Positions 37,292-45,832 are shown, numbered from the stretch's first letter. The stretch: DNA of 49,880 nucleotides from an uncultured bacterium (GCA_963746775.1 CAVVCK010000002.1:497656-547535), one strand, 5' to 3'. Notes: generated by a model from the letters alone, not told the origin. Program-made: numbers and translations.

Positions 37292-37615
37292 TTAGTCCTT
37301 TTCTGGTTTAATTTCTGTACTAAAAACTTGTGCGTTTCCTTTTTCGGTTTTTAATTCTATATTTTTCTTCCAATGGAATATTTCTTCTCCCTTTGTTTTA
37401 GCCCAGGCAATCATTTTATAGTTTTCTGTTATTAATTCATAAAGCACTTTTTTATTAAGTAAATTTGCTTTTTGTTGCATTAGATCTCTGGCCTTACTAT
37501 AAAGAGTAGTAGTTTCATTATCTCTCCTTTGTTCATTTATATTTATTACAACAGTAACAAATTCAATATCTCTTTCAAAATATAAAAGCAATGCTTTGCT
37601 TCCGTAGCACAACAT
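37292..37615 (-). CDS. hypothetical protein (possibly the 3' part of a nonsense-interrupted gene)
   Basis: 107 aa. The same frame stays protein-like upstream of the ATG and is broken by a single TAA at 37688-37690. Confidence 0.4.
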   Translation of the reverse strand: MLCYGSKALLLYFERDIEFVTVVININEQRRDNETTTLYSKARDLMQQKANLLNKKVLYELITENYKMIAWAKTKGEEIFHWKKNIELKTEKGNAQVFSTEIKPEKD

Positions 37616-37874
37616 TAAAACATCCTCATTTTCATTACCTTCATGTATTTCAGGATTATAACGATCTTTTAAAACACCTTGTAGTATTTAAATTTTTTCT
37701 TCTTGAGTAGGCACGGAGATTAAAACTTGTTCTTCTTGAGACTCATCTGCCACCTTTTCAGTCTCTTGCTTATTATTGTATAATAATACTTCTGTCGTTC
37801 TTATAATATTATTAATTGTGTTAATAAAAAATACTTTTTTGATTTAATGACTTATTTTAGCCAAAATCTCAAAA

Positions 37875-37890
37875 TGTTCCACGTGGAACA
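37875..37890. promoter_or_regulatory. parS-type site 3
   Basis: TGTTCCACGTGGAACA; intergenic, 8 nt from the Smr gene stop. Confidence 0.75.
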
Positions 37891-37897
37891 TTCACAT

Positions 37898-38221
37898 TTA
37901 ATCTCTTTTTTCTAATATGGCAATAGTTGCTCCAAGCATTTCAGATGGATTGCGGGAATCACGAAAATCCCTTACAAGCTCATGATTACTTAAAAATTTG
38001 TGTACCATTTCTCTTAATTTACCACTACCACGTCCATGAATAATACGTATAGTCTCTGTTCTTTGCATAAATTCTTGATTTATAAATCTATCGCAAGCAT
38101 CAATTGCTTCGCTTGGTTTTAAATTATGTAAATCGCAAAAAGGTGTTTGTGAATCCATTTCGGCGAGAGAAAACAAATGTTCCCTTTCGCCAAAAGACCT
38201 TTTTTCTCCGCAAGATGTCAT
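37898..38221 (-). CDS. Smr domain protein
   Basis: DLHNLKPSEAIDACDRFI......IRIIHGRGSGKLREMVHKFL..H..V is the Smr (MutS2 C-terminal) signature. Confidence 0.8.
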   Translation of the reverse strand: MTSCGEKRSFGEREHLFSLAEMDSQTPFCDLHNLKPSEAIDACDRFINQEFMQRTETIRIIHGRGSGKLREMVHKFLSNHELVRDFRDSRNPSEMLGATIAILEKRD

Positions 38222-38264
38222 AGTTATTTTGTTAATTAATTTATTTTAAGACAAATACAGGAAA

Positions 38265-38280
38265 TGTTCCACGTGGAACA
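38265..38280. promoter_or_regulatory. parS-type site 4
   Basis: TGTTCCACGTGGAACA with left flank AGGAAA; intergenic. Confidence 0.75.
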
Positions 38281-38440
38281 CATACGAAATTTTAATTTTT
38301 ACAACAATTATTTTTATAATAAACAATTATGTTTTTCTAAAAATTTATCTCTATTATTTAGAATTTCGTACGTGTTGGAACATTTGTAGAATTCAAAATT
38401 TTGAACCCCTATAAATTTGCATTAATAACAAATAAAAAGC

Positions 38441-39928
38441 TTAGTTTGATAGTTTAGTACTAGAATAAAACAATCCTAAAATTAACCAAAAGCACAAAGC
38501 TCCTTGTTGTATATCCCACAAATAATGATCAAAAAGCATAATAATAAAAAAACTAAACAGTATAGATGTCAAAGATATAACTAAAATTTGATTAATATAA
38601 TAATTTCCCTTTTGTTTAAAATTGAAATATCTAATTTGGCTTAACATATTGATAATAAAAATTATAAACGTTATAAATCCTAATAGTCCATGTTCGCTTA
38701 GGATAAGCAAATAAACATTATGAACTGGCTGTAATTGCCACCATTCTGCTCCTTCATCTAAGTATTGTTTAGAATAATTTACAAAAAGTCCAGGACCTAC
38801 ACCTAGCAATAAATGATTTTTTATTATTGTGCTAGCCAAATGATTATAAAGCTCTCGGCCCGACAAGGAATAACTATCCTCTGGGTTTGAATCTATGCCA
38901 CGAGAAGTAATTTGTGGCCAAAAAATAGCTGCAGTTATTCCAATAAGCAGAATTAAAACTATGATTATATTAATTTTAGAAAAATTCTTTTTAAATTGAT
39001 TGATTAACAATGTTCTAAATCCTGAGGATAAAAATAGTATGGATAAAATTATAAATAACATCGATACAAGGCCAGCTAGCCAGCCAGATCTCGAAAAGGT
39101 TAAAAGCAAACCAAGAATCAGTGTGTATAAAATTAGGAGAAAAAATGGCAACTTTATAAAATATTTTACCTTATTTAAAACAAAAGGTAGGAAATGTTCC
39201 ACGTGGAACATTTTATCAATTTTGGAGTAAGATAAACTCTTACTCGAGACACTTTCCCTATTTAAAACAATAAATATTATACAAAAAGTAAAAATAATAG
39301 ATATGAATAGAAAACAGGCTAAGACATTAGAATGAGGAAAAGTGCCATAAGCACGAATCATTTTTTCTCCAAAGACATCTATTTTAGAAATATTTTGCAA
39401 AGCAGGTGACAAATCAACTTCTCCGAATATTTTTAAATTAAAAGAGCCTTGTTTTAAATATTGTAAAATTCCCAAAACAGCTTGCAAAAATCCAGCGGCA
39501 ATAAAGGCGAGTAGGGTATAAGTAATTTTTTTTGCTGTCTTAATATTACAAATTACGTAAAAAAATAATACGCCATATTCAATCAATTTAGTCAAATTAT
39601 AAAGTGATAACTTGACAAATTGCGAATTTATGGCAGAGATTAAAGAAATTAAGATAAACAGTGAAAATATTATTAATAATGTCTTAGTTGTTTTACTACT
39701 ATCCTTTCCATTCCTTTTTTTTAGGGTAAATAAAAATCTTAAAATCCAAAATAAAACTAAAAGTCCTAACAAAATATCAGTTAAATATAGGGCGGCACTA
39801 TTCCATTCTATAAAATGGTCGTCTATTCTTGAGACTGTAGTTTCAAAGACATGGCGTTTTTCTAGGGGAATAGAAAAAATGAATAGATAGAATATAAATA
39901 ACTCAATTTTTTTGATTAAATTTAACAC
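38441..39928 (-). CDS. O-antigen ligase-like (Wzy_C) polytopic membrane protein
   Basis: About 12 TM segments with SRSGWLAGLV and HNVYLLILSEHGLLGF motifs. parS site 5 lies in frame inside it (KMFHVEHF). Confidence 0.75.
   Translation of the reverse strand: MLNLIKKIELFIFYLFIFSIPLEKRHVFETTVSRIDDHFIEWNSAALYLTDILLGLLVLFWILRFLFTLKKRNGKDSSKTTKTLLIIFSLFILISLISAINSQFVKLSLYNLTKLIEYGVLFFYVICNIKTAKKITYTLLAFIAAGFLQAVLGILQYLKQGSFNLKIFGEVDLSPALQNISKIDVFGEKMIRAYGTFPHSNVLACFLFISIIFTFCIIFIVLNRESVSSKSLSYSKIDKMFHVEHFLPFVLNKVKYFIKLPFFLLILYTLILGLLLTFSRSGWLAGLVSMLFIILSILFLSSGFRTLLINQFKKNFSKINIIIVLILLIGITAAIFWPQITSRGIDSNPEDSYSLSGRELYNHLASTIIKNHLLLGVGPGLFVNYSKQYLDEGAEWWQLQPVHNVYLLILSEHGLLGFITFIIFIINMLSQIRYFNFKQKGNYYINQILVISLTSILFSFFIIMLFDHYLWDIQQGALCFWLILGLFYSSTKLSN
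39195..39210. promoter_or_regulatory. parS-type site 5 (intragenic)
   Basis: TGTTCCACGTGGAACA with left flank AGGAAA. Confidence 0.7.
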
Positions 39929-39958
39929 AGATATGATTTGTTATCTTGTTTTAATCTT

Positions 39959-40942
39959 CTATATCTCACTGATAATATCAAAACCCTTAAAACTACCAGT
40001 GATAGATAAGCCTATTATTTTACCTTGGCAGATATTTTTATCTTTAATCTTTTTAGCTACTTCATTCATAGTTGCACCGGATCCAACGGCATCATCAATT
40101 AATAAAATGTTACTATAAGTATTATTCTCTTCTACAACAATAGTCTTCTGAGCATTCTCAATCCTGTCTTTAAGCTTACCTAGTGTCTTTTGGGGAATTG
40201 TTATTTCTGTTTTTACTTTAGTTAGGGTAATTCTTTTAGTATTTAATTTTAATCCCTGCTCCAATTCTTTCATGAATTGTATCTCTCTTTTAATCGTAGG
40301 AGGAATAAAACCCACTCCTTCAATTTTATATTTTTTTATAATTTTTTTAACCTTAGGTTGAATTTCTTCAATTAATTCTTTAATTATTTTTTTATTCTGA
40401 GTCTGTTTGGCATATAGCAGAAGTTGGCCTAATTTAGTTTTACCAAATCTTTCTATGCTATAAAAATCAAGGTAATAAAGATAACTTAAATAAACTTTAG
40501 AAAAAGTATCTTTTATTTTTCTCTTTCCATCAATAAGCCCATTCTTTCTAAAAGTATCGTATTTTTTTAAAGTTTTAATATATTCTTGAGCAGTTTTTTG
40601 GATAGGTTGCCCATTTTTTTGGCACCAATAAATAAATCCATTTACACCTTCTTTTCTCTCGCCAGTAGGAGTGATAATTAAATATCTTTCATTAATTATT
40701 TTTTTAATATCATCATTTAAATCTATCTTTTCTTTTTTTAGTGTACTTTTTTCTTTTAATGAATAAAAAACCTTAGGCGGTTTTCCCAATTTAATAATCT
40801 CCCCTTTTTCTAAAAGTTTTCCTAAATGATGTTTAAATAAAGCCTGTCTTGAAATAGCTAAATAGCCTACTAACTCTTTGGCTGTAGATTGCCCCTTTTT
40901 CTCTAAATAATTAATAATTTTTTGGCTAGTATCTGTTTTCAT
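39959..40942 (-). CDS. winged-helix DNA-binding domain fused to a type I phosphoribosyltransferase (ComF-like) domain
   Basis: N-terminus: IINYLEKKGQSTAKELVGYLAISRQALFKHHLGKLLEKGEI (wHTH). C-terminus: ILLIDDAVGSGATMNE (PRPP-binding loop). Confidence 0.7.
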   Translation of the reverse strand: MKTDTSQKIINYLEKKGQSTAKELVGYLAISRQALFKHHLGKLLEKGEIIKLGKPPKVFYSLKEKSTLKKEKIDLNDDIKKIINERYLIITPTGERKEGVNGFIYWCQKNGQPIQKTAQEYIKTLKKYDTFRKNGLIDGKRKIKDTFSKVYLSYLYYLDFYSIERFGKTKLGQLLLYAKQTQNKKIIKELIEEIQPKVKKIIKKYKIEGVGFIPPTIKREIQFMKELEQGLKLNTKRITLTKVKTEITIPQKTLGKLKDRIENAQKTIVVEENNTYSNILLIDDAVGSGATMNEVAKKIKDKNICQGKIIGLSITGSFKGFDIISEI

Positions 40943-40948
40943 GCTTTA

Positions 40949-40985
40949 ATTATAGCATAGTTGACTGTTTACTGTCAACTGTCAA
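40949..40985 (-). promoter_or_regulatory. near-consensus promoter with duplicated -35 and overlapping palindrome, apparently leaderless
   Basis: The minus strand reads TTGACAgTTGACAgtaaacagtcaactatgcTATAATtaaagcATG. The -10 ends 6 nt before the start codon, and a TTGAC...GTCAA inverted repeat lies in the spacer. Confidence 0.55.
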
Positions 40986-41149
40986 CTAGTGTAATTTTAG
41001 TAAAGTTTTTTAATTTAAAAGGACCATTTTTCAGTAGTCCTTTTAAATTTCCTTATAATTTCAAAATTATTTAAAACCATAAGGAAGAATGAGACAAGAA
41101 TGATTTTAGTAATATCTTGTCTCAATAAAAAAGAATGAGCAGAAAATTT

Positions 41150-41626
41150 TTATTGGCAGAGAGCAACTCGGCTACCATCTCCCCAACTGTAAGGGCTGTC
41201 TGAGCAGCCTTTGGTATTTCCCTCCCAATCGCATACCCTAGTGCACCTCAGACCTATAGATTGGCATAAATCATCAAATGTGTTGCCAGTGCCAGGAACA
41301 TTAACCCTGGTGTAATTGGGGGCACATTTGGCTTGTAGTTCGTTTTCTCGATCTGCATTCCTAGTATTTTCGAATCCATACCAGCCTGGACTAGCTTTGC
41401 TGCAAATACTTGAATCGCAACATTCTGACACACTTTCGCAAGTTTGTCTGTTACTCCATTCTCCGCCTCCAGCTCTAGAACACGCTGGCTGAAAACCAGA
41501 AGCACAACAACAGTAATGACGAACTGATTTGTTCCTCTCGTTTCCGTATGCTGTCAATATTATTCCTATCACAATAACTGCGATAACTCCTAGAACAACA
41601 ACAATGAAAGATCTTGCGCGCATCAT
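41150..41626 (-). CDS. membrane-anchored cysteine-rich extracytoplasmic protein
   Basis: I chose the start at MMRARSF because GGAGGA lies 4-5 nt upstream. One TM segment (FIVVVLGVIAVIVIGIILTA) is followed by about 115 residues with about 19 Cys, including CCC and CC. GC is clearly above that of the neighbours. Confidence 0.6.
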   Translation of the reverse strand: MMRARSFIVVVLGVIAVIVIGIILTAYGNERNKSVRHYCCCASGFQPACSRAGGGEWSNRQTCESVSECCDSSICSKASPGWYGFENTRNADRENELQAKCAPNYTRVNVPGTGNTFDDLCQSIGLRCTRVCDWEGNTKGCSDSPYSWGDGSRVALCQ

Positions 41627-41694
41627 CTTTTCCTCCATGAAGGGTTTTGTGGTATAAACAAATTTTATAATAATATTTTTTAAAAGCAATCTAA

Positions 41695-41728
41695 TTTAAA
41701 AAGGACTGTATTAACTACAGCCTTTTTT
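41695..41728 (-). terminator. hairpin terminator after the FG-GAP/phosphoesterase gene
   Basis: aaggactgta / tacagcctt stem with flanking A and T runs. Confidence 0.5.
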
Positions 41729-41755
41729 AAATTTTTATAATTTTATATTTTTATC

Positions 41756-43603
41756 CTAATGACACCAGCCACTACCTTTATCACTAAAATCAAATCCATT
41801 TATAGGAATATATTCCCATTCGAAACTTCTAGAGTAAAGCTTAAAACTTATTATGCCTTGAGAATCATTGTATCTTATAAGACTGTTATCTTTTATATCC
41901 GTAAAATCATATAAATTATCAGTACCGCCAGTGCCTACGACAAATTCTAAAATGCCTTTTGATAAATCTAAATTGCCTTGAGGGTCTTGAGGCCTAAATC
42001 TTTCATAATCATGATCATGGCCATTAACCACTATTTCAGCGTTATGATCATATAGTGCCTGCCATAAATCTTTAACTTGTTCGTTATCATCATGTGGACC
42101 GGAACTAAAAAGAGGATGATGAAAATAGGCTAGGGAGCAACTGCCAGCTTTAGTTTCTAAATCATTTTGAAGCCATTTTTCTTGTTCTGATCCTGCTTCA
42201 CAGCCGCCAATTTCAGAACAATTGCTATTGAGGGCTACTATATGCCAAGAACCAAGATCATAACTATAGTATCCTTTGTCAGGATCACCAGCAGCTTGAC
42301 CAAAATATTTGAAATATCCAGAAGCATTTGGCGTATAGTATTCATGGTTGCCAGCAGTAGGTTTAGTTCTATCCTTATGCCTTCCCCAAGTAGGATCATA
42401 ACAGTCTTGAAATTGTTCATCTGTGCCTTGTAAGTAAGCATCATCTCCAGCAGTAAAAATTGTACCAGGAAGCTTATCTAATAATTTAGCAGTGGCTTCA
42501 TCTCCATCCACCCCGCACTTAGCAATATCACCAGCTCCAGATAAAGTATAATAAGGAATATCTTTTTTTAAATTAAATAAACCAGCGACATCTGTTCCGC
42601 CTCTAAATTTATTATCATAAGCAAAAAAAGTGGTATCTATTTTGGTGCCATCGCCTTCATATAACTCTACTTGCGGACCACCGCCAGGGCCTGCACCAAC
42701 TATAATTTCATCTTGATCATCTTCATCTATATCGGAGGCGCTAACAAAAGCACCAACGGAAAAATTTCCAAATGCTCTAAAACTAGCCTTATTTTCAATT
42801 GTATTACCAATATGGAAAACTTTTATTTCAGCAGCATCTTCTTTCTTGGAAACCACAATATCTTTTCTGAATCCATCGCCATTAAGATCGCCAGCGGAAA
42901 CATCAAGTCCGCCATGGTAGCTTTCTTCAAAAGCAAAAAATTGTTTTAAAAAAGTTCCATCAGCTTCATAAATTTTAACTTGCGGGCCACAGCCTTCACC
43001 TGCTGCCACAATTACTTCATCACCGCCGTCATTATCTATATCGCTCATAGCAACCGAGGCTCCGCAAGTAGCTTCACCAAAAGCATTCCATTCTCCTAAG
43101 ACAGTTTTTTCATTATTATATTTATAAACTTTTACCCAAGCCTGCCCTTCCGCTGATTGAGACATAGCTATTTCATCTTTACCATCTCCTTCCACATCAC
43201 CTGAAGCAACGTTGATGCCAGTCCTAGTATCAGGACGAAAAGGCCATATTTCTATTCCTCTCTGTGTCCCATCTTTTTCAAATACTCTTACCTGAGGTCC
43301 ACCGCCCACACGAGGTGCAGTGATTATTTCATCTAAACCATCAGCATCTATATCGCCAGAAGCGATAAATACACCTTGCCTGGAATCTTCACCATAAGCG
43401 AAAAGTTTATTGGGATCGGTTTCAACATTTCCATTTTCATCAAAAGCTCTAATGTGAGGGCTGCCACCTGGTCCTGCTCCGGTGATTATGGAAAAGGTTA
43501 GATCCTGGCGACTAAGAAGATCGGGATTATAATCTGCAGCATTGGTGAATAGAGGAATTCCAGGAAGAAAAAATAAAATAAACAATAAATATTTTATTTT
43601 CAT
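41756..43603 (-). CDS. secreted FG-GAP repeat protein fused to a calcineurin-like metallophosphoesterase
   Basis: Signal peptide MKIKYLLFILFFLPGIPLFTNA, then about 5 FG-GAP repeats (GGGPQVRVFE...GD.DGDG.DEI). The C-terminus has AGDIAKCG, GDDAY, GNHEY and GHDHDYER. Confidence 0.85.
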   Translation of the reverse strand: MKIKYLLFILFFLPGIPLFTNAADYNPDLLSRQDLTFSIITGAGPGGSPHIRAFDENGNVETDPNKLFAYGEDSRQGVFIASGDIDADGLDEIITAPRVGGGPQVRVFEKDGTQRGIEIWPFRPDTRTGINVASGDVEGDGKDEIAMSQSAEGQAWVKVYKYNNEKTVLGEWNAFGEATCGASVAMSDIDNDGGDEVIVAAGEGCGPQVKIYEADGTFLKQFFAFEESYHGGLDVSAGDLNGDGFRKDIVVSKKEDAAEIKVFHIGNTIENKASFRAFGNFSVGAFVSASDIDEDDQDEIIVGAGPGGGPQVELYEGDGTKIDTTFFAYDNKFRGGTDVAGLFNLKKDIPYYTLSGAGDIAKCGVDGDEATAKLLDKLPGTIFTAGDDAYLQGTDEQFQDCYDPTWGRHKDRTKPTAGNHEYYTPNASGYFKYFGQAAGDPDKGYYSYDLGSWHIVALNSNCSEIGGCEAGSEQEKWLQNDLETKAGSCSLAYFHHPLFSSGPHDDNEQVKDLWQALYDHNAEIVVNGHDHDYERFRPQDPQGNLDLSKGILEFVVGTGGTDNLYDFTDIKDNSLIRYNDSQGIISFKLYSRSFEWEYIPINGFDFSDKGSGWCH

Positions 43604-43667
43604 AGGTGTTTTTTTATTTATATTTGTTTTTATTATATATGAAAAAGAGAATAATTTGAAATGAGAG

Positions 43668-43694
43668 ACTCTTTAGTTGGAAATACTAAAGAGT
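43668..43694 (-). terminator. hairpin overlapping the stop codon of the 166-aa ORF
   Basis: actctttagt / actaaagagt perfect 10-bp stem. Confidence 0.45.
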
Positions 43695-44186
43695 TGAGGG
43701 AAGGGGATTTCTTAGGAGTTCAGCTGTGATCGGGTCGGGAAAATATATGACTAGAGATGGAACATCTATTAGTGGTGCGAGGTCTTTTTCTGATTGTTTT
43801 ATTATTTTTAGGTGTATTTTCCCATTTTCAAGCCAAACATACGTTTTCTCTCCAATATAACGCCTTTTAGCTTTAAACCATATCGGATTGACTTTTACAT
43901 CGGAAGGAGAAGATCTCCATATTTTTTTTAGATACCGTTGAACTCTAGCACAGTTAATATGGATGCTTAGGACTTTACAAAGATTTTTTCCTATTTCTGT
44001 AAATAGCAAAATACGGGCCAAACAAACCCAGCAATCATGGTTAACATGCTCTTCAAATCTAGAAGAACCTTTTCCATTGATGAAATGGACCACATCACTA
44101 GCCCTGAAACCATGTATACAGCGTAGACCAAGAGGATAAGAAAAATTACAAATCAGCCAGTCTGAAGATTCTTTATCATAAAGCAT
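43686..44186 (-). CDS. hypothetical Cys/His-containing protein
   Basis: 166 aa with an AGAGGGA SD 5 nt upstream. H..H.CW.C cluster. No family recognised. Confidence 0.5.
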   Translation of the reverse strand: MLYDKESSDWLICNFSYPLGLRCIHGFRASDVVHFINGKGSSRFEEHVNHDCWVCLARILLFTEIGKNLCKVLSIHINCARVQRYLKKIWRSSPSDVKVNPIWFKAKRRYIGEKTYVWLENGKIHLKIIKQSEKDLAPLIDVPSLVIYFPDPITAELLRNPLPSTL

Positions 44187-44372
44187 TTTATCCCTCTTTC
44201 TTATGTTAAGGTTCGAATGAACCTGCCGAAGTTGACACTAAACCTTATCTTAAAAATATAATTTTGGCAATATTTAAGTTTATACACATTTACTCATTGA
44301 TTAATGAATATAAAGATAATATTTTTGAATATCAAGCTAATTTCGGCTTGATGACAGAGGAAGGATGAAAAA

Positions 44373-45389
44373 ATGGAAATGAAGCTGTTTTCGGGGCGAG
44401 CTAACCAGTCACTGACTGATAAAATATGCACAGAACTAGGTCGGATTACGGGAGAAAAAATACTGAGAAGCCAAGTAAAGGTAGAACGCTTCGCTGATGG
44501 TGAAATTGATGTTCAATATTTAGAGAATCTTCGTCGTTGCCATGTGGTAATTGTTCAGCCGACTTGTCCACCAAGTTCGGAGACGTTAATGGAACTTTGT
44601 CTTTTAATTGATGCAGCTAAGCGTGCCTCTGCGGAAGAAATTACTGCAGTAGTTCCTTATTTTGGTTTTGCGAGGCAAGATCGTAAAGAAAAGCCTCGTA
44701 AACCAGTGTCAGCGAAGGTTGTTTGTGATCATATAAAAAGTGCTGGAGCGAAGAGGATCGTTGCTATTGATCTCCACACACCAACTATTATGGGTTTATT
44801 CGATGGACCATTTGACGATGTTTGGTTTGTTGGCAGTTTACTTTCTCATTTCGATGGCTCTCGTAATTGGGGTGAGGTTACTCTTACTTCGCCCGATGTT
44901 GGTGGGGTGGCCCGTTGTGATACTGCAGCGGCCAAAATAAGTCCGGATATGGCTGTTGGTTTTATCAGAAAGTCTAGGCCGGACGCTAATATAGCTCTAG
45001 TAAAAAATGTTGTTGCTGATGTAGAAGGTCGTGATGTCATTTTTTTGGATGATATGGCTGATACTTTAGGGACTTTAGTTAATGCAACTAAAGCAGTAAA
45101 AGAGCTTGGAGCGCGTAAGGTTTTTGCTGCTGCCACACACGCTCTCTTAAGTTTTAACAAGAAGGAGGGCAAAGAAGCAGTTCGGCTTCTCATGGAATCC
45201 GATATAGAAGAACTAGTAGTTTCTGACACAATTCCTATTCCGCCAGAAAAACTTGTCCCAAAAATCAAAGTTGTGTCAGCAGCACCAGTTCTTGCTCGCA
45301 TAATTGAACGGATCCATCGAGGAGGATCTGTTTCTAGTCTTTCAGACGAGTCCTTTGCTTGGGTAAAAAGTGACTGTCACTGTCGATAA
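44373..45389 (+). CDS. prs: ribose-phosphate pyrophosphokinase
   Basis: RFADGEI, VVPYFGFARQDRK, AIDLH and FLDDMADTLGT (PRPP loop). GAGGAAGGA SD upstream. Confidence 0.9.
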   Translation: MEMKLFSGRANQSLTDKICTELGRITGEKILRSQVKVERFADGEIDVQYLENLRRCHVVIVQPTCPPSSETLMELCLLIDAAKRASAEEITAVVPYFGFARQDRKEKPRKPVSAKVVCDHIKSAGAKRIVAIDLHTPTIMGLFDGPFDDVWFVGSLLSHFDGSRNWGEVTLTSPDVGGVARCDTAAAKISPDMAVGFIRKSRPDANIALVKNVVADVEGRDVIFLDDMADTLGTLVNATKAVKELGARKVFAAATHALLSFNKKEGKEAVRLLMESDIEELVVSDTIPIPPEKLVPKIKVVSAAPVLARIIERIHRGGSVSSLSDESFAWVKSDCHCR

Positions 45390-45587
45390 AATGCACTTTC
45401 CACTATCAGGAGCTCTTTAAGAGCTCAATCCAATTATAAAAACTTTATAAATAAAAATAACCAGTGAATATACTGGTTATTTTAGTCGGAGAAAAGTTGA
45501 CATTTTTAAAAAATATCTTATTATTTATCTAGTTTGTGGGGAGTGAACCTTACTGTGCGGTGCTAGTTAGAGGAGGAAGAGGAAGGC

Positions 45588-45701
45588 ATGAGTTCAGATT
45601 GTGTGGAGAGGGATGCGGATGGATTTGAGTTGACAATTCGTTCGCTAGGGCCATTAGATGGTCTACAGTGGAGGGATGGGCTGAGTTTACCCGGGTTATG
45701 A
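45588..45701 (+). CDS. 37-aa micro-ORF with strong SD
   Basis: AGGAGGAAGAGGAAGG lies immediately upstream of the ATG. My translation is MSSDCVERDADGFELTIRSLGPLDGLQWRDGLSLPGL. Confidence 0.3.
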   Translation: MSSDCVERDADGFELTIRSLGPLDGLQWRDGLSLPGL

Positions 45702-45790
45702 AGGGTAGACTAAATAGCGAAGAAGAAATGGGTATTATTGATCTCATTCGAGAGGTTAGCGGAAGAAAACCCACAGACAAGGAGATTTAG
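45698..45790 (+). CDS. 30-aa micro-ORF coupled by an ATGA overlap
   Basis: MKGRLNSEEEMGIIDLIREVSGRKPTDKEI. Its start overlaps the stop of the preceding micro-ORF, and a plus-strand terminator follows. Confidence 0.3.
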   Translation: MKGRLNSEEEMGIIDLIREVSGRKPTDKEI

Positions 45791-45832
45791 TACATTAAAG
45801 CACATCAAATAACAGCGAGTCCTTCGCTGCTG

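Noticed and set aside
36934-39212. The repeated palindromes as a CRISPR array or as integron attC sites
   Set aside because: The spacings of 308-930 bp are irregular and contain whole genes, so this is not a CRISPR array. No intI or attI is present, and the core is identical to the ParB parS consensus class rather than to attC R/L boxes.
41254-41505. 83-aa alternative-frame ORF inside the cysteine-rich gene
   Set aside because: It is on the same strand but out of frame with the SD-preceded, TM-containing ORF, and has no start signals of its own.
44208-44224. T-arm-like GGTTCGAATGAACC as a tRNA fragment marking an island border
   Set aside because: The flanking bases do not form a T stem, an acceptor stem or any other tRNA arm.
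45550-45780. 76-aa minus-strand ORF from the track
   Set aside because: It has a Pro/Ser/Leu-rich composition and no SD. It lies antisense to two SD-preceded micro-ORFs that are followed by a plus-strand terminator.
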